NCBI GenBank assembly: GCA_964016885.1
Contig: OZ024743.1
Coordinates: 146,320,001-146,384,000 of the forward strand
Origin: Eledone cirrhosa
Taxonomy: Eukaryota
Reading direction: 5' to 3'
DNA: 64,000 bases
The position numbers were made by a program, and so were the translations under genes. Under the pieces are notes generated by a model, which searched no databases, was not told the origin of the DNA, and saw only the letters and a list, made by a program, of their open reading frames with translations. Positions 29,122 through 41,673 of the stretch are shown piece after piece; within the stretch, counting starts at the first letter, position 1; every line of letters starts with the position of its first letter.

Positions 29122-29270
29122 TTTGTTATGCCTTCATTACGTTTATTGATTGGTGACGCGTATTTTGGTATCGATCAGCTCAAGGTTCGACATATATCGA
29201 TCTGGCCCAACTCTGGCCCAACTGTGGAATTAAAAGCTTGTCGGACCTCTGCTGTTGTAATGACAGCATA
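29122..29270. repeat. Structured ~140-150 bp repeat, inverted partner at 30592-30731
   Basis: Reverse-complement match with scattered substitutions; internal hairpins. Confidence 0.85.
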
Positions 29271-29280
29271 TATATATATA

Positions 29281-30133
29281 TAGGGTAAGAACGGGATGGA
29301 TATATAGGGTAAGAACGGGATGGAAGAAGTTCAGGGAACTACTGCCACTGCTAGCTGCAAAAGGCTTCTCCCTCAAAATGAAAGGCAGACTGTATGATGC
29401 GTGTATCCGAACAGCAATGTTACATGGTAGTGAGACCTGGGCGCTGAAGGTGGAAGACTTACGTAGATTAGAAAGAAACGAAGCCTGCATGCTCCGATGG
29501 ATGTGTAATAGTAATATACGCGAACGGCAAAGCATAAATAAATTGAGAGAGAGACTGAGCATAAGAGGAATCAAACGCTGTGTGCAGGAGAGGCGGTTGC
29601 ATTGGTATGGAGATGTGATGTGTATGAAGGATGACAGCTGCATAAAAAGGTGCAGAGCACTAGAAGTCGATGGAAACCGCGGAGTGGGGAGACCCAAGAT
29701 GACCTGGGATGAGGTGATAAAAGCCGACCTTACCCAATTACACCTCTCAAAGGCGATGACACATGACCGTGACCTCTGGCGTCACACAGTAATACAGAGT
29801 ACCCGACCTCCCATGGGTACAAGCTGAAGCATATAGACAATATGCCCCCACACCCTCCCACTGCAAGGTGGTTGTGGAGGTGCCATGGCAAAAAAGCACC
29901 CAGCCCACACTGTAAAGTGGACGTGTAGGCGCCACGAAAAAAAAGTACCCAGCACTCACTGTAAATGAGGTTGGTGTTAGGAAGGGCATCCATCTGTAGA
30001 AATCAAGCCAAAATCAGTTCCTGTATGAGCAAGGCATGGTCAGCCGACCAGACACTGTCCACAACAGGACAACCCGTCTAACCCATGCTAGCATTGAAGA
30101 ACGGATGTAAAACGGTGATGATGATGATGATGA
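29281..30133 (+). mobile_element. 5'-truncated RTE LINE (same subfamily as 46417-47053 and 54900-55389)
   Basis: MKGRLYDACIRTAMLHGSETW... ORF, shared 3' UTR and (GAT)n tail; 20-bp 5' tandem duplication. Confidence 0.93.
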
Positions 30134-30137
30134 TATA

Positions 30138-30199
<62 letters not shown>

Positions 30200-30454
30200 A
30201 AAGTTTTATTTAAAATTGTTGGGTTACAACAAGTAAATATTTTATAACTGATATAAAGCACTCAACAAGTTTTGGAGTAGATATACGATATTAAACAAAT
30301 GGAAACTATATTTATAAAACCATATTTATTTCATTATACATATTTCGGGGATACCATATTAAAAATATGGCACACTACCACACCAACTTCTTACATAAAA
30401 GTTGATCAATATTTATGGTACGTCAAAATTATTTATAAAACTGTTTATATATTG

Positions 30455-30520
30455 TATTTTATCTGAAGAAGGCATGCCATATTTTTAATATGGTATCCCC
30501 GAAATATGTATAATGAAATA
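30455..30520 (+). ncRNA. Type I hammerhead in a foldback pLTR-like element (30196-30564)
   Basis: UAUUUUAU-CUGAAGA-AGGC AUGCCAUAUU(UUU)AAUAUGGUAU CCCC-GAA-AUAUGUAU-A-AUGAAAUA; ~90-bp inverted repeat 30283-30372 / 30475-30564. Confidence 0.82.
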
Positions 30521-30728
30521 AATATGGTTTTATAAATATAGTTTCCATTTGTTTAATATCGTATATATATATATATAAACATATATATATATATGCTGTC
30601 ATTACAACAGCAGAGGTCCGACGAGCTTTTAATTCCAGAGTTGGGCCAGATTGATACATATCGAACCTTGAGCTGATCGATAGCAAAATACGCGTCACCA
30701 ATCAATAAATGTAATGAAGACATAACAA

Positions 30729-30771
<43 letters not shown>

Positions 30772-32075
30772 TACATATACATATATATACATATATATAC
30801 ATATATATACATATATATAATAGAATGTTTGTGTATTTTGTCTTGTCTGTTTTGAAGAGAATAAATATTACTGAATGAAATCAAATAAACCACAAAATCA
30901 AATAGGTATCTGTAAATTTGTATCTTTACCATATGAAAAATTTAGTATTCTCTATTCATACCAGTTCATATATTTGTACACATTGACCAGCAGAAAATCA
31001 CTCTCTTTATATGTAAAACTAAGATAAGTTTTTGTTATTTAATTCCAGGTCATCTCTAGCTGAGCAGACCTGTGATCAAGTTTGTTTTCTTGCAGTGATC
31101 ATTCTGTTTTTTTCCTGGCATAGTCTATCCAGAACTACTTTGCAATTAAATTGTCCTTTCTTTTTTAAGGGATATTTCATTGCTTTTTCTAGTAAATCAA
31201 TCAATCTCATAGTGGCTCCTTTTCTAGCTCATGTATAAGGAAGTGAAAGAAGGGAGGAGCTAGAGAAAGAAATGGAAGTGTAAGGATAAGTCTGAGATTA
31301 AGGTGGGTTTGTATTTTTTAGCCCCAGGACAACCCTGATTGATCAGACCTTTGATAAAAGTGATTTAGTGGGGGAAAAATGGACGTTGAATGGTGATGAT
31401 GATGATTCTTGCCCTGACCATTGTTTCTTTTCTAGGATTACATTATCCAAAAATGACTTTTGCTTTTTTAAAAGGTATGATTTGAGGGAGATTTAACTTT
31501 TTTCTTGCAAGTCAAGTAGCCACACAAAGGTATCCCAATTGGCTCAAGTAAGGTGAGGAAAAAGAGAAACGAAGAGGTAAAAGGATATATTAGAAGAGTA
31601 AGAGAGTGAAAAGGGGAAAGAGTCCAAACATAAGGATATATATACTTGTATGTGTTGATAATAGTTGAAATAGATAGGGAAGGCGACAATGACAATATAT
31701 ATGAGTGAGTGACAAATATCTATCCATCTATCTATCTATCCCTCCCCATATATATATGTAGAGTGAGAATGAGAGAGAAAGACAGTGAGAGAGAGAGGGT
31801 ATGAAAGATTGGGAAAGAGAAAAAATGAAAGAAAAAGACAAGCTGCTAAAAATAGCAAAGATATATTAATAAAATAAAAGATGAGAAGAGATTAAAGAGT
31901 GAGAAAAAGAATTCTAGAGTGTGAGAGAGTGATTGAGAGAAGGGATTATAGCAGGAAAGAGAGAAAGGAGAAAGTGAGAGTGTAAAGTCAATGAAAAAAT
32001 AGAAGAATATGATGGAATGAGGGAGGAGAGGGATTTAGTGGCATAAGAGTTATTCAGATTATACTGAGCTGTGTA

Positions 32076-32139
<64 letters not shown>

Positions 32140-32540
32140 GGTAAACAGGAATAACAAAGCAAACGACACAGTACATTGAAGAAATAGATTAGTTTAACAC
32201 ATATATATATATATATATATATATATCTTTATATATATATATATATATGTATGTATATATACATGTATTATGTATATATGTATATATATACGTCTAACCC
32301 ATGCTAGCGTGGAAGAAAGGACGTAAAACGGTGATGATGATGATACATGTATATGTATATATATATATATGAATAACCCATGCTACCGTGGAAGATGGAC
32401 GTCAAACGAAGATGATGATGATGACGATGATGATACATGTATATGTATATATGTATATATATATGTATATATATATGTATATATACATGTATATGTATTT
32501 ATGTATATATGTATATATGTATATATATATATATAAATTA

Positions 32541-32573
<33 letters not shown>

Positions 32574-33989
32574 AATTTATATATATATATACATACATAT
32601 GTGTGTGTGTGCGTGAATGCAGAGAGAGAATATAAGAGATTGACATTAGTAAAATGGATGAGAGCAATAAAATATAAACTGTGAAAGAGCTGTGGAGAAA
32701 TGAAAATGTCTTCTAATTGAGCATAATCCTAAAGACAAAGAAGTGATGCCAGAATAAATCAGGAGAATCCATTGTGAAAGAGTAAAGATGAAAATACTTG
32801 GTGAAGATGCTGAAAGGAATTTGGAAATTTGTAGCTGAAAGGTTAAAGAAAGAAAGGATTAACTGAAGCAAGTATACAGAAACAAACAGAAATCTCTATT
32901 GAATGGGTTAAAATACAAGATTATAGCAGGAACAACGAGATGATCAACAACAACCACAACAGTATAACATCAACAATAACAGCAGTAACAACAATAAGCA
33001 ATGACAACAGGCAGAGAACAAATAAGACAGAAGAAAAAATGTAAATAAAAGTATGAAGTTGAGTGAAGCTGACAGTCTAACAAAAGGAATACCTGTTTGG
33101 CTTTAGTTAACAGATCTGTGTCAGTTCTTGGATTCAAAGAGTTCTTTAGCATTGCTTCCATTGGGATTAGCGGTCTGTTGCCAGTAATTTGAAGATTTTT
33201 GAAGGTGTTGTACTGTCAAGTTGTAATTTTCTCAGAAAGAGGAGTCTTAATGGAATAGAAAACAGTTTGAACTGTCAATTTAGGCTTCGATTTGAGAAAA
33301 ATCAAACGTAGAGGATAAGAGAAAGTCTAGTGAAAACCAAGACAGAGAAGGTTAAGAAGATCAAAAAGAAGAGGAAAGAAAGAAAAAATAATCTAAAGTC
33401 AATGAAGACAAAGAAGAATATGATAAAAAGAGGAAGTAGAATGAGAGGATATATCGAAGAGAGGGACACAGGATAGAAGTGAGGAAGAAAGAAGAGAAGA
33501 ATATGAAAGCAGAATGAGTAAGAATAAGTTATAGTGAAATAATTGTTTCTACTTTAGGCACAAGGCCAGCAATTACCCAGTACATTACTGGTACTTTATT
33601 TTATCGACCCCGTAAGGATGAAAGGCAAAGTTAACCTCGGTGGGATTTGAACTCAGACTGTAAAAGGACAAAGTTTATTAAGAATGATGTATTATCCAGA
33701 TGAAAAATATTGACTAGAAGGAGGAGGACAAGAGAAAGATATTTAGATGGAGATATGAAGCAGAAGCAGGCAAATATATACAGGTAAAAGTGGAATAATA
33801 ATTGTTTCTACATTTGGCACAAGGCCAACAACTTAAAGGGAAAGTCAATTAAATTGATCCCAATGCATTACTGGTACTTTATTTTATCGACCCTATAAGG
33901 ATAAAAGGCAAAGCTAACCTCAGCGGGATTTGAACTCAGAACATAAAGCGCCATAACTATATGTCACAAAGCATGTTGTCCAATGATCC

Positions 33990-35900
33990 TAGATACGGAC
34001 AAGGTGGAGTTTTCACTGATCATACTGCTTGATTGGTTGGGTACTGTGAACCCTTGAAAACATTCCAGTTTCCAAGTGATCCCTTTAAGTCTTTGTTTGA
34101 TCCAGCACTGCAACTCTGCCAAGTAGACTAGCTGTGCAAAGATGTGCCTAGCAAATGGTGACCACACTTGTTCACCGTTGAAGTAAAGCTGAATATGATG
34201 TAGCCCCAGTGCTTGTTTGCACATCATCAGCCACAACATGTCCAGTCTTACATACATCTGGTGTTGGCAGAAATAGACTGCCTGACTATTAGCACACATC
34301 CCTTCCACAAAAAGCAAAAGAGCAAACGCTCCAGTGCAGTCAGACATGGACCAGAGCAAAGCATGACAGTCTCTCAATACTAGATGATGGACACAATGTA
34401 TGTGTTTGCCATCTCTACCTGACTTTTCAAGGATAGCTTCCTCTCAGCCCATTTCTGGGCAAGAGTGGCCACCCTGGTCATTACCTCATTCCAGTTTTTG
34501 TTCATTTGGCGGTCTGGACCAAACTAGACCCCAAGTCTAGCTGTCTAGTATCCAGCAATGCTATTAGGTAGCATGGGCTTGCCTCTCCAGGTGCTGAGTC
34601 ACAGACCCACTGACTTTTTCAGGTTGTTTTGCTCCTATTATCACTTTATAATCCCTGAGAGTAGTGCCAATCAACTCAATATGTTCACTGCATGACACCA
34701 TTACAGTGACGTTGTCGGCATATGCTGACATGGATATCCCATATCCTAGTTTGCTTGGGATGCTTCAAGATTCAATTCATACAGCACAGATGAGAAGGGA
34801 CAGCCTTGGCAGACCATCCAAACTAGGTGATTCACCTTTTATGCAGCTAGTCATTGTGTCCCATATTTCATCAGCTATTATCAACTTTTCACAAAACTCT
34901 GCCTCCATCACCAAGAGCTGCAGCAGGCCATTGACATTGGCACTGAAATCCATCCCTTGATCTCCATCACTGCTCCCTAACATTTGTGTGAAATGTAGAT
35001 GAAAAACAGCACACATCTGCTTGGAATTGAGTACCATGCACCAGATGTGGTCCACCAAAGACTGAATTGTTGCTTTTTTTTTCCATGCTGTACTTCCACA
35101 CCATGGGCTCATTGAATGGCTTTCATCCCTGCATGTCTAAAAATAAACTCCTTAGCTCTGACAATGCAGCCTTTGTGCTTCACATTGAAGAATTGGTTGA
35201 GTGCCAAACTTGCCATGAGGACATTGACTCCAATGCCTTTCCTAATGCCTTCTTCTGTCTTTCTAACCAGTTCTCCCTCTAGCTTAGTTTTCTCTATCAC
35301 TATTCCTTTACTAAATCTTATTGATTCTACTCTAATTGCCCCTTTCAGGGTGAACCACCATCTGTTGTTGATGATTGCCTCTGTTAAAGCCTGCTTAATT
35401 AATTCACTAATCCAGTCTTTGTAATCATTGTGAGCTGGGAATGCCGCACTCAACTTCCAGTAACTAGGTCCCTGTCTATGAAGTCTATTTAAGTCAACTG
35501 CACAAATCATGAATTTGTGGCCTGTGTAGTCAACTACGTTGAATTGGGGACACCCTATACTAGTCTTATCTACTTCCCTACAGAATACCTTATCTAAATA
35601 CAATCTGGATGACCCAATGCAGTTTGTCCATGTCCATATTGGCACATTTGGGTATCCCATCGGTACCTATCAGACAGTTGGAAGGGCCTGAGTAAGTTTG
35701 CAAGGCTTTTACACTTTCCTCCCCAATCTACTAGTCTCACACAGTCCCAGCATGCATCTAAGACACCATTCCAGTTACCCACTAGCACTAGAAAGTTTTC
35801 CAGGTGTCTGAAGAAATCAGGCCTTCCTGTCTCTGTAGGGGCATAGATGGCCATTAGCCTAAAAGCACACTCTTTGTTGCTGGTCATGTCCAGCAACAAA
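33990..35900 (-). mobile_element. Decayed Tx1/L1-clade LINE (APE endonuclease and RT remnants)
   Basis: FRLMAIYAP, VLVGNWNGVLD, YLDKVF, GPSYWKL, SPSLDGLP in shifted frames. Confidence 0.8.
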
Positions 35901-38900
35901 GTTCAGCTAGATAATCCGTATTAGTTTATTAAATTTGCTTTTTGAGAAACAAGTTACTATTTAAAGAAATATAGGCACATGGAGGCACATGGCTTAGTGG
36001 TTAGAGCATTGGCCTTGCAATCAAAAGGTTGTGAGTTCAATTCTCAGACCGGGTGATGTGTTGTTTCCTTGAGCAAGGCACTTTATTTCACATTGCTCCA
36101 GTTTACTCAGCTGTAGAAATGAGATGATAGGGACTGGGGTCCCTATCATTCCACTGCAAAGTGGTCATGGAGGTGCTACGGCAAAAAAGCACCCAGCACT
36201 CACTGTAAATGAGGTTGGTGTTAGGAAGGGCATCCAGCTGTAGAAATCAAGCCAGAATCAGTTCCCGTCCCACCCTTGCAAGCAGGGAAAAGTGGACATA
36301 AAATGAAATGAAAATGATGATAGGCAGCTTGAATGGAATCCTTTTTAGATATTCATCAAAGAAACACATGAATGTTTAGGTTTATTTATTCCTTCATAAA
36401 TTTTGGAATACTATTGAATAGAACAGAGCCAATTGAATAAAATAGTTATAACAGAATGTATTGGGATTGAAATTTTTTCAGTAGTTGAGAAATGTGGGGG
36501 TCTTAGTTTTGAGTAATTTAAAAAAAATGTATTAACATAGTTAACTATTTTCTGCTTGCTCCTGTTGTTTAAGTGAATATGTATTTGTCATTGTCATTGA
36601 AACACAATGATCTTTATGTAATACTAGTTAGAAGATTACAATCATCAAATATTAATTCTGAATAGTGTTTTTTCTTTAAAGAAAAGTTAATAGAAGTTAA
36701 CATAACCACAATCATCTCATAAGTAGTACCCCCATTCAACCTATATCCACTTCACTCTTTTCACTCATAACTTTCAATAAACTTCATTATTTTCTACCCT
36801 CATACATATCCAAAGATAAAGACTTACTTTTTTTAGTTTTAGTTTTTAAACAAAACAAAATAACAAAGTAATGAACAAAAATCATATAAAAAAGAAAAAT
36901 ATAAAACTAAAAGGTTCCAAAATAAACAAACACCAGAAAGAGAGAAAAGTGAGAAGGGAAATTCTCAGATAATTTTTTTACTCTGTAACTTTGTAAAATA
37001 GAATTTATTCTTAGTTGAGCTCTTAAAAGAATAATTGTAAAGGCAAGTAAACTTCTATATCTGTCACTTGGGGATTGGAGAGAAGATAAGAGCTTATGTC
37101 TGATGCTTGTTTCTTGTTTAGCTATAATTTCTTTAAAGGTTAGTGAACTTTAAATCAATAGTTAACATAAAATTCAAAAATTTAAACTTTACACAAAGCA
37201 ACAGTTTGTAGGTTTTAAGCTTCATAAACTAAGTAGGTAAATAGCTGTATATTTTATTACATAGTGAGCAAAGAATTGATGCTTGTCTTAAAAACAACTT
37301 TTAATTGATTGTATTAGCTGCCAACCACCTGAGAATTAAAAGTAAGCTTCCTTAAACTTGATGCAGCTCATCCTGACTTTGTGGTAGAGACAATTTAGAG
37401 CAAATGGGAGAGAATAGGTTCGTACTTAGTTTGTGTCTTTGGTAGTCTCTAGGCTCTGTAAGATATGACAATGCAGCATTTTCCAAGTCAGTGATTTGAT
37501 GATTCTATTCTGTCATCTATGAGTTCCTTGTACACATCCCTCAACTTCTGAATTTCATTTCATTTGAGTTTGAGTCCATGCTCAGGCCAAGTCGAAGACT
37601 CCACCCTCAGTCGAAGACTCCACCCTCATTAGCATGGTATTTGAATCATTCACTGTTAGGTTCAGTACTAAGTGGGTTAGATGTACAGTTAAAATCACAG
37701 TCGATGTAGGTGCATCTTCATACAAGACCATTAATTACTTGCTTCCACTCTGCTTGACTTCTCACTTTTTAAAAATCTTTCTTTACTAAGTGATTTCTCA
37801 GTTTTTGGTCTATGGGCCTTGTAATACAGAAGATGAGGGGATTTCAATTGTTTCCAATCGAACTGTTCCTGGAGTTGTGACAAGTCGTGCTCAATAGACA
37901 TCTGTAGTTAAGGTCTTAACCTCTGGAGCTTGTTGTTATTGTTACTGCTATGTCTGCTGCCATCTGCCACCCTGTATTTTTTTCTTCTTATAGGTAGAAT
38001 GTCTTTAACTATCACATGTATACTAACTAGGTCTTCTGCCCTAAATCAATAGTCTGACTGACTTTCTCTCCACTCCCTCAATGAGGTAAGTTTTTAGATG
38101 GGCTTATGGTCTTCAGGGAAGCAGCATAATTATGACCTGGTTATCCATATAGATTTCTCCCAATACCATACCATTGCAGATAAATTCTGTACTCACCACA
38201 GATGGACATCTGTGCCAATATCTCTAGGTGTGATACTAATATTTCTGAGTCCAATGTAATGTGACACCAGCCTGTGGGGAGCGTGTGCAGTCTACCATTT
38301 CTACTTTTCTTCTAGCTTTGTCTTCAATCTTAAAAACCAGATATACAGTTCCATATTCCCACTTCAAACTTCACTGCTTATGTCCTGCCACACATCAGCA
38401 GGGCTATGTGTAAATCTTGCTTTGTGGATATATTGAACAAATTTCTCAGTGAAGGAGGCACTGTCTACCACAAGACACCTAGCCAAATCTTTTTTATCCT
38501 TGAATTGCATCAAGTCAGGCCGCTCTTCTTTTCCCTCAATATTGCTGATGGAATGTTGCTGTTGTTGGTATTGTTATTTTTTTAATCCTTTTTCTTCACA
38601 AAATTATTGTTTTGAAACCTGTTCCTTTTCATTTTCTGTTGTATGTGTCTATCTTTATGTTTAACTAATAATTTGGGAGTGTGTGTGTTCATGTCATCGT
38701 TACCATCATTGTGGGGGAGTACTTCTCCTATCCCTTCTGAGACAGCTTTCTTCCAATATGTACATTTGGAAAATATCAAGAATGCTTAAATATATTTTTT
38801 TAAAATGTTTTAAGACCAATTTTTTCTCTATTTTTGTTAATGGTGAAGATGTTTAAAAGTTCTGAAGTCTTTTTGAAGTAAAAGTCCCCACCCATCAAAA

Positions 38901-40140
38901 GTCATTTTTCATAAATAATCCTGAAAGAGTATGTCTTCTACATGGAGATCTCTGAAACACGACTGTTCACAGTGGACAACAACAATAATAATCCTTTCTT
39001 TATTGGGCACAAGAACAAAAACACAATGATTATGATGATTATGACAGGCTACTCCCATATTTAAATCTTCAATAGTGATTTGTAGACAAATTAATTTCTC
39101 TAGATTAATTGTTGATATTATTATTATTCATGCTTTGACGCATAGAGTTGCGGCCCTTGCTATTCTGAGTTCAAATCCCGCCGAGGTTAACTTTGCCTTT
39201 CATCCTTACGGTGTCGATAAAATAAAGTACCAGCAATGTACTGGGATAATTGCTGGCCAAATGTAGAAACAATTATTACTATTGAAAAGGTAAAATGTTG
39301 GACTAAATGCTTTTCAGTATTCAGTGATGTCTCTTTCCTTTCCCTCCTTTCTTCTGTTTCACCAACACCCTCTTCCATCCTCTCTCTTTCTCTCTCCTTC
39401 AGTGTATTTACTTCTTCACTACTTTTCATCCTTCATTCTCCTCCTCTCTACCTATTTCATATTCTTCTCTATCTTTCAGATTATCAACATTAGCAAGATG
39501 ATAGAAAATAAATGGAACTGGACTAAACTGGTTTGAAATTCACACCTAGTATAATTCCACTTGCATTTAGATTTAATTTAGTACAAATACATTATGTTTT
39601 AATGGAGAAGTTAAGGGGGAGTTGTGACAATCATGCTTTTGTATTTGGACATATTTTTAGCAAGAGTGAAGTGAGTTAGCTGAAATTGGGAATCTATATT
39701 TGGTAAATGGACTTGACTTACTAGAATCTACATGACATTCACTAAAGACATTTTTCCTCTCTCCCTCTCTTAATGTCAACTGCAATTACTGTACCCCCTC
39801 CCTCATGTCACCATCGAAAATGGAAGTAAAAGGATGTTGATGATGTTGATGATGATGATGATATATCTTATAAGTTAGATATAAATTACAAATATGATTC
39901 AACAGCTTTAATTATAACCATAAGGACTAAGTTTAATTAATTAATTAATTTGTCATAGATAACTAATTAAATATTGGCATACTGCTGTTTTCATTCAATA
40001 ATTACCTTTCAAACTGAGGTGTTTTAAAAGAAAAATAGTCAGGAATATTTAATCCTTAACCAACACCCCAACAACCCTCATCACAACCATATATATATAT
40101 ATATTCCCTGACCCCACCCCCGCTCCATATACACACACAC

Positions 40141-41095
40141 TAACATTGCACATCCATCAAAGCATGCTTGCTTCATTTCTCTCCAGCCTTCATATATCCT
40201 CTTCATTCACTGTCCATGTCTCACTAACATGCAACATTGTACCATCACACACAACCATCATACAGCCAAGCATTCATTTGTAAAGAGAAACCTTTTACTG
40301 TCAACAAGGTTAGTAGCTTCCTGAATTTTTCTCACTTTGTTCTTATTCTAGCTACTGGGTAACCTTCTCCCTTTCTAGTTAGGTAACCTAGGCAGCAGAA
40401 GCTAACAACCACTTCTATGGATCCTGTTTGGGATAGGAAAAAGTTTATTTCACTGATGCTCTTACTAGCAACTAACCTTGTTCATCCTCCACATAAATGT
40501 TTAGCTTTTCTGATAGTCTACCTGCTATCCCACTACATCTCTTGTAACTAAGATTTTCACACATCAGAGTGAGTTTCTACCGACTTTGTTTTGATATATC
40601 AAACATGGCCACTTCCATGATGAGATTATTGTCCTTTCTTCTGCCCTACTTTGGTTTTTGCCAAATTTACCCTGAGTCCTTTTGATTCTAAGTTCTGTTT
40701 CTAGAGCTGGAATTTCTTCTGAAGCACTTGCAGAGACTCAGCTGTAAGAATCAGGCCATCATTGAATTCCTCACTAAATTCATTATCTACTCACACTTTA
40801 CTGACAGCTCCTCTATATATGGCTTTCACTGCTTTCACAAACAACTCATCTGCATCCAGTTTCCTTAAGGACCACCAGATAACGGATCTTGAAACTCTGT
40901 CTAAGGCCTTTTCCAGATCTACAAAAGTTAGATATAACAGCTTATATTTAGCTGGGAACTTCTCTTGTAGTTATCTCTCTAAGAAGAGGGTGGCTATAGT
41001 ACTCTTCCCTGATACAAAACCAAACTGCATCTCATCTTATTTGACTCTTTCCCTAATTAGTTGTGCTAAAACTCTTTCTGTCACTTTCATAACTT
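40141..41095 (-). mobile_element. Old, internally deleted RTE LINE fragment
   Basis: Nucleotide similarity to the RT region of 41674-45270 (QFGF, DLEKA motifs on the minus strand). Confidence 0.8.
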
Positions 41096-41097
41096 AT

Positions 41098-41657
41098 GCT
41101 GGATTCTTACAGAATACCTTGATAACTGCTAAACAGCGAGAAACGATCGTCAGTTATTTCCTTTGTTTTTGCTGAGCTACGTAAGTGACTAGCTAGCTAT
41201 GTGACTATAGTCACTACATTAAATTCATAACGAAAAGCCTTCAAAATGTTTTAAAATAAACATACAGTATATTATTAAACATACAATATGTACATTCATA
41301 TATACATAACTATTTCAGAACTCCAACACAAATTTCTAATTGTTGCTGGGTCAGCAATCGCTCTGTATGTTAATGAGTTTAAACCACTCATAAACATAAT
41401 TGGTATTCTGTAAGAATCCAGCTTCTACAGCTGACACCAAAAGCAGTGGTGATATATAACCTTGATAACCGCTAAACAGTGAGAAACGATCGCTGGTTAT
41501 TACCCTTTGTTTTTGCTGAAGTATGTGACTATAGTCACTACCTTAAATTCATAGCGAAAGGCCTTTCAAAATGTTTTAAAATAAAGATACAGTATATTAT
41601 TAAATATACAATACGTACATTTATATATACATCGCTATTTCAGAGCTCCAATGCAAA
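41098..41657 (+). mobile_element. Retrozyme-like element: 343-nt unit, ~1.6 tandem copies, 21-bp inverted 5' cap
   Basis: Repeat starts 41118 and 41461; 41098-41118 is the reverse complement of 41402-41422. Confidence 0.8.
41116..41157 (+). ncRNA. Minimal hammerhead with U3:A8 core (second copy 41456-41500)
   Basis: Two-copy consensus AUAACC-UUGAUAA-C CGCU(AAAC)AGCG A-GAA-ACGAUCGU-C-GGUUAU. Confidence 0.72.
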
Positions 41658-41673
41658 TATATATATATATATA

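Noticed and set aside
35981-36060. tRNA gene candidates at SINE heads
   Set aside because: A and B boxes present but no complete cloverleaf; they continue into SINE bodies
37400-38500. Unique-looking region as a possible host exon
   Set aside because: No sustained ORF; faint resemblance to an old LINE but not enough to call
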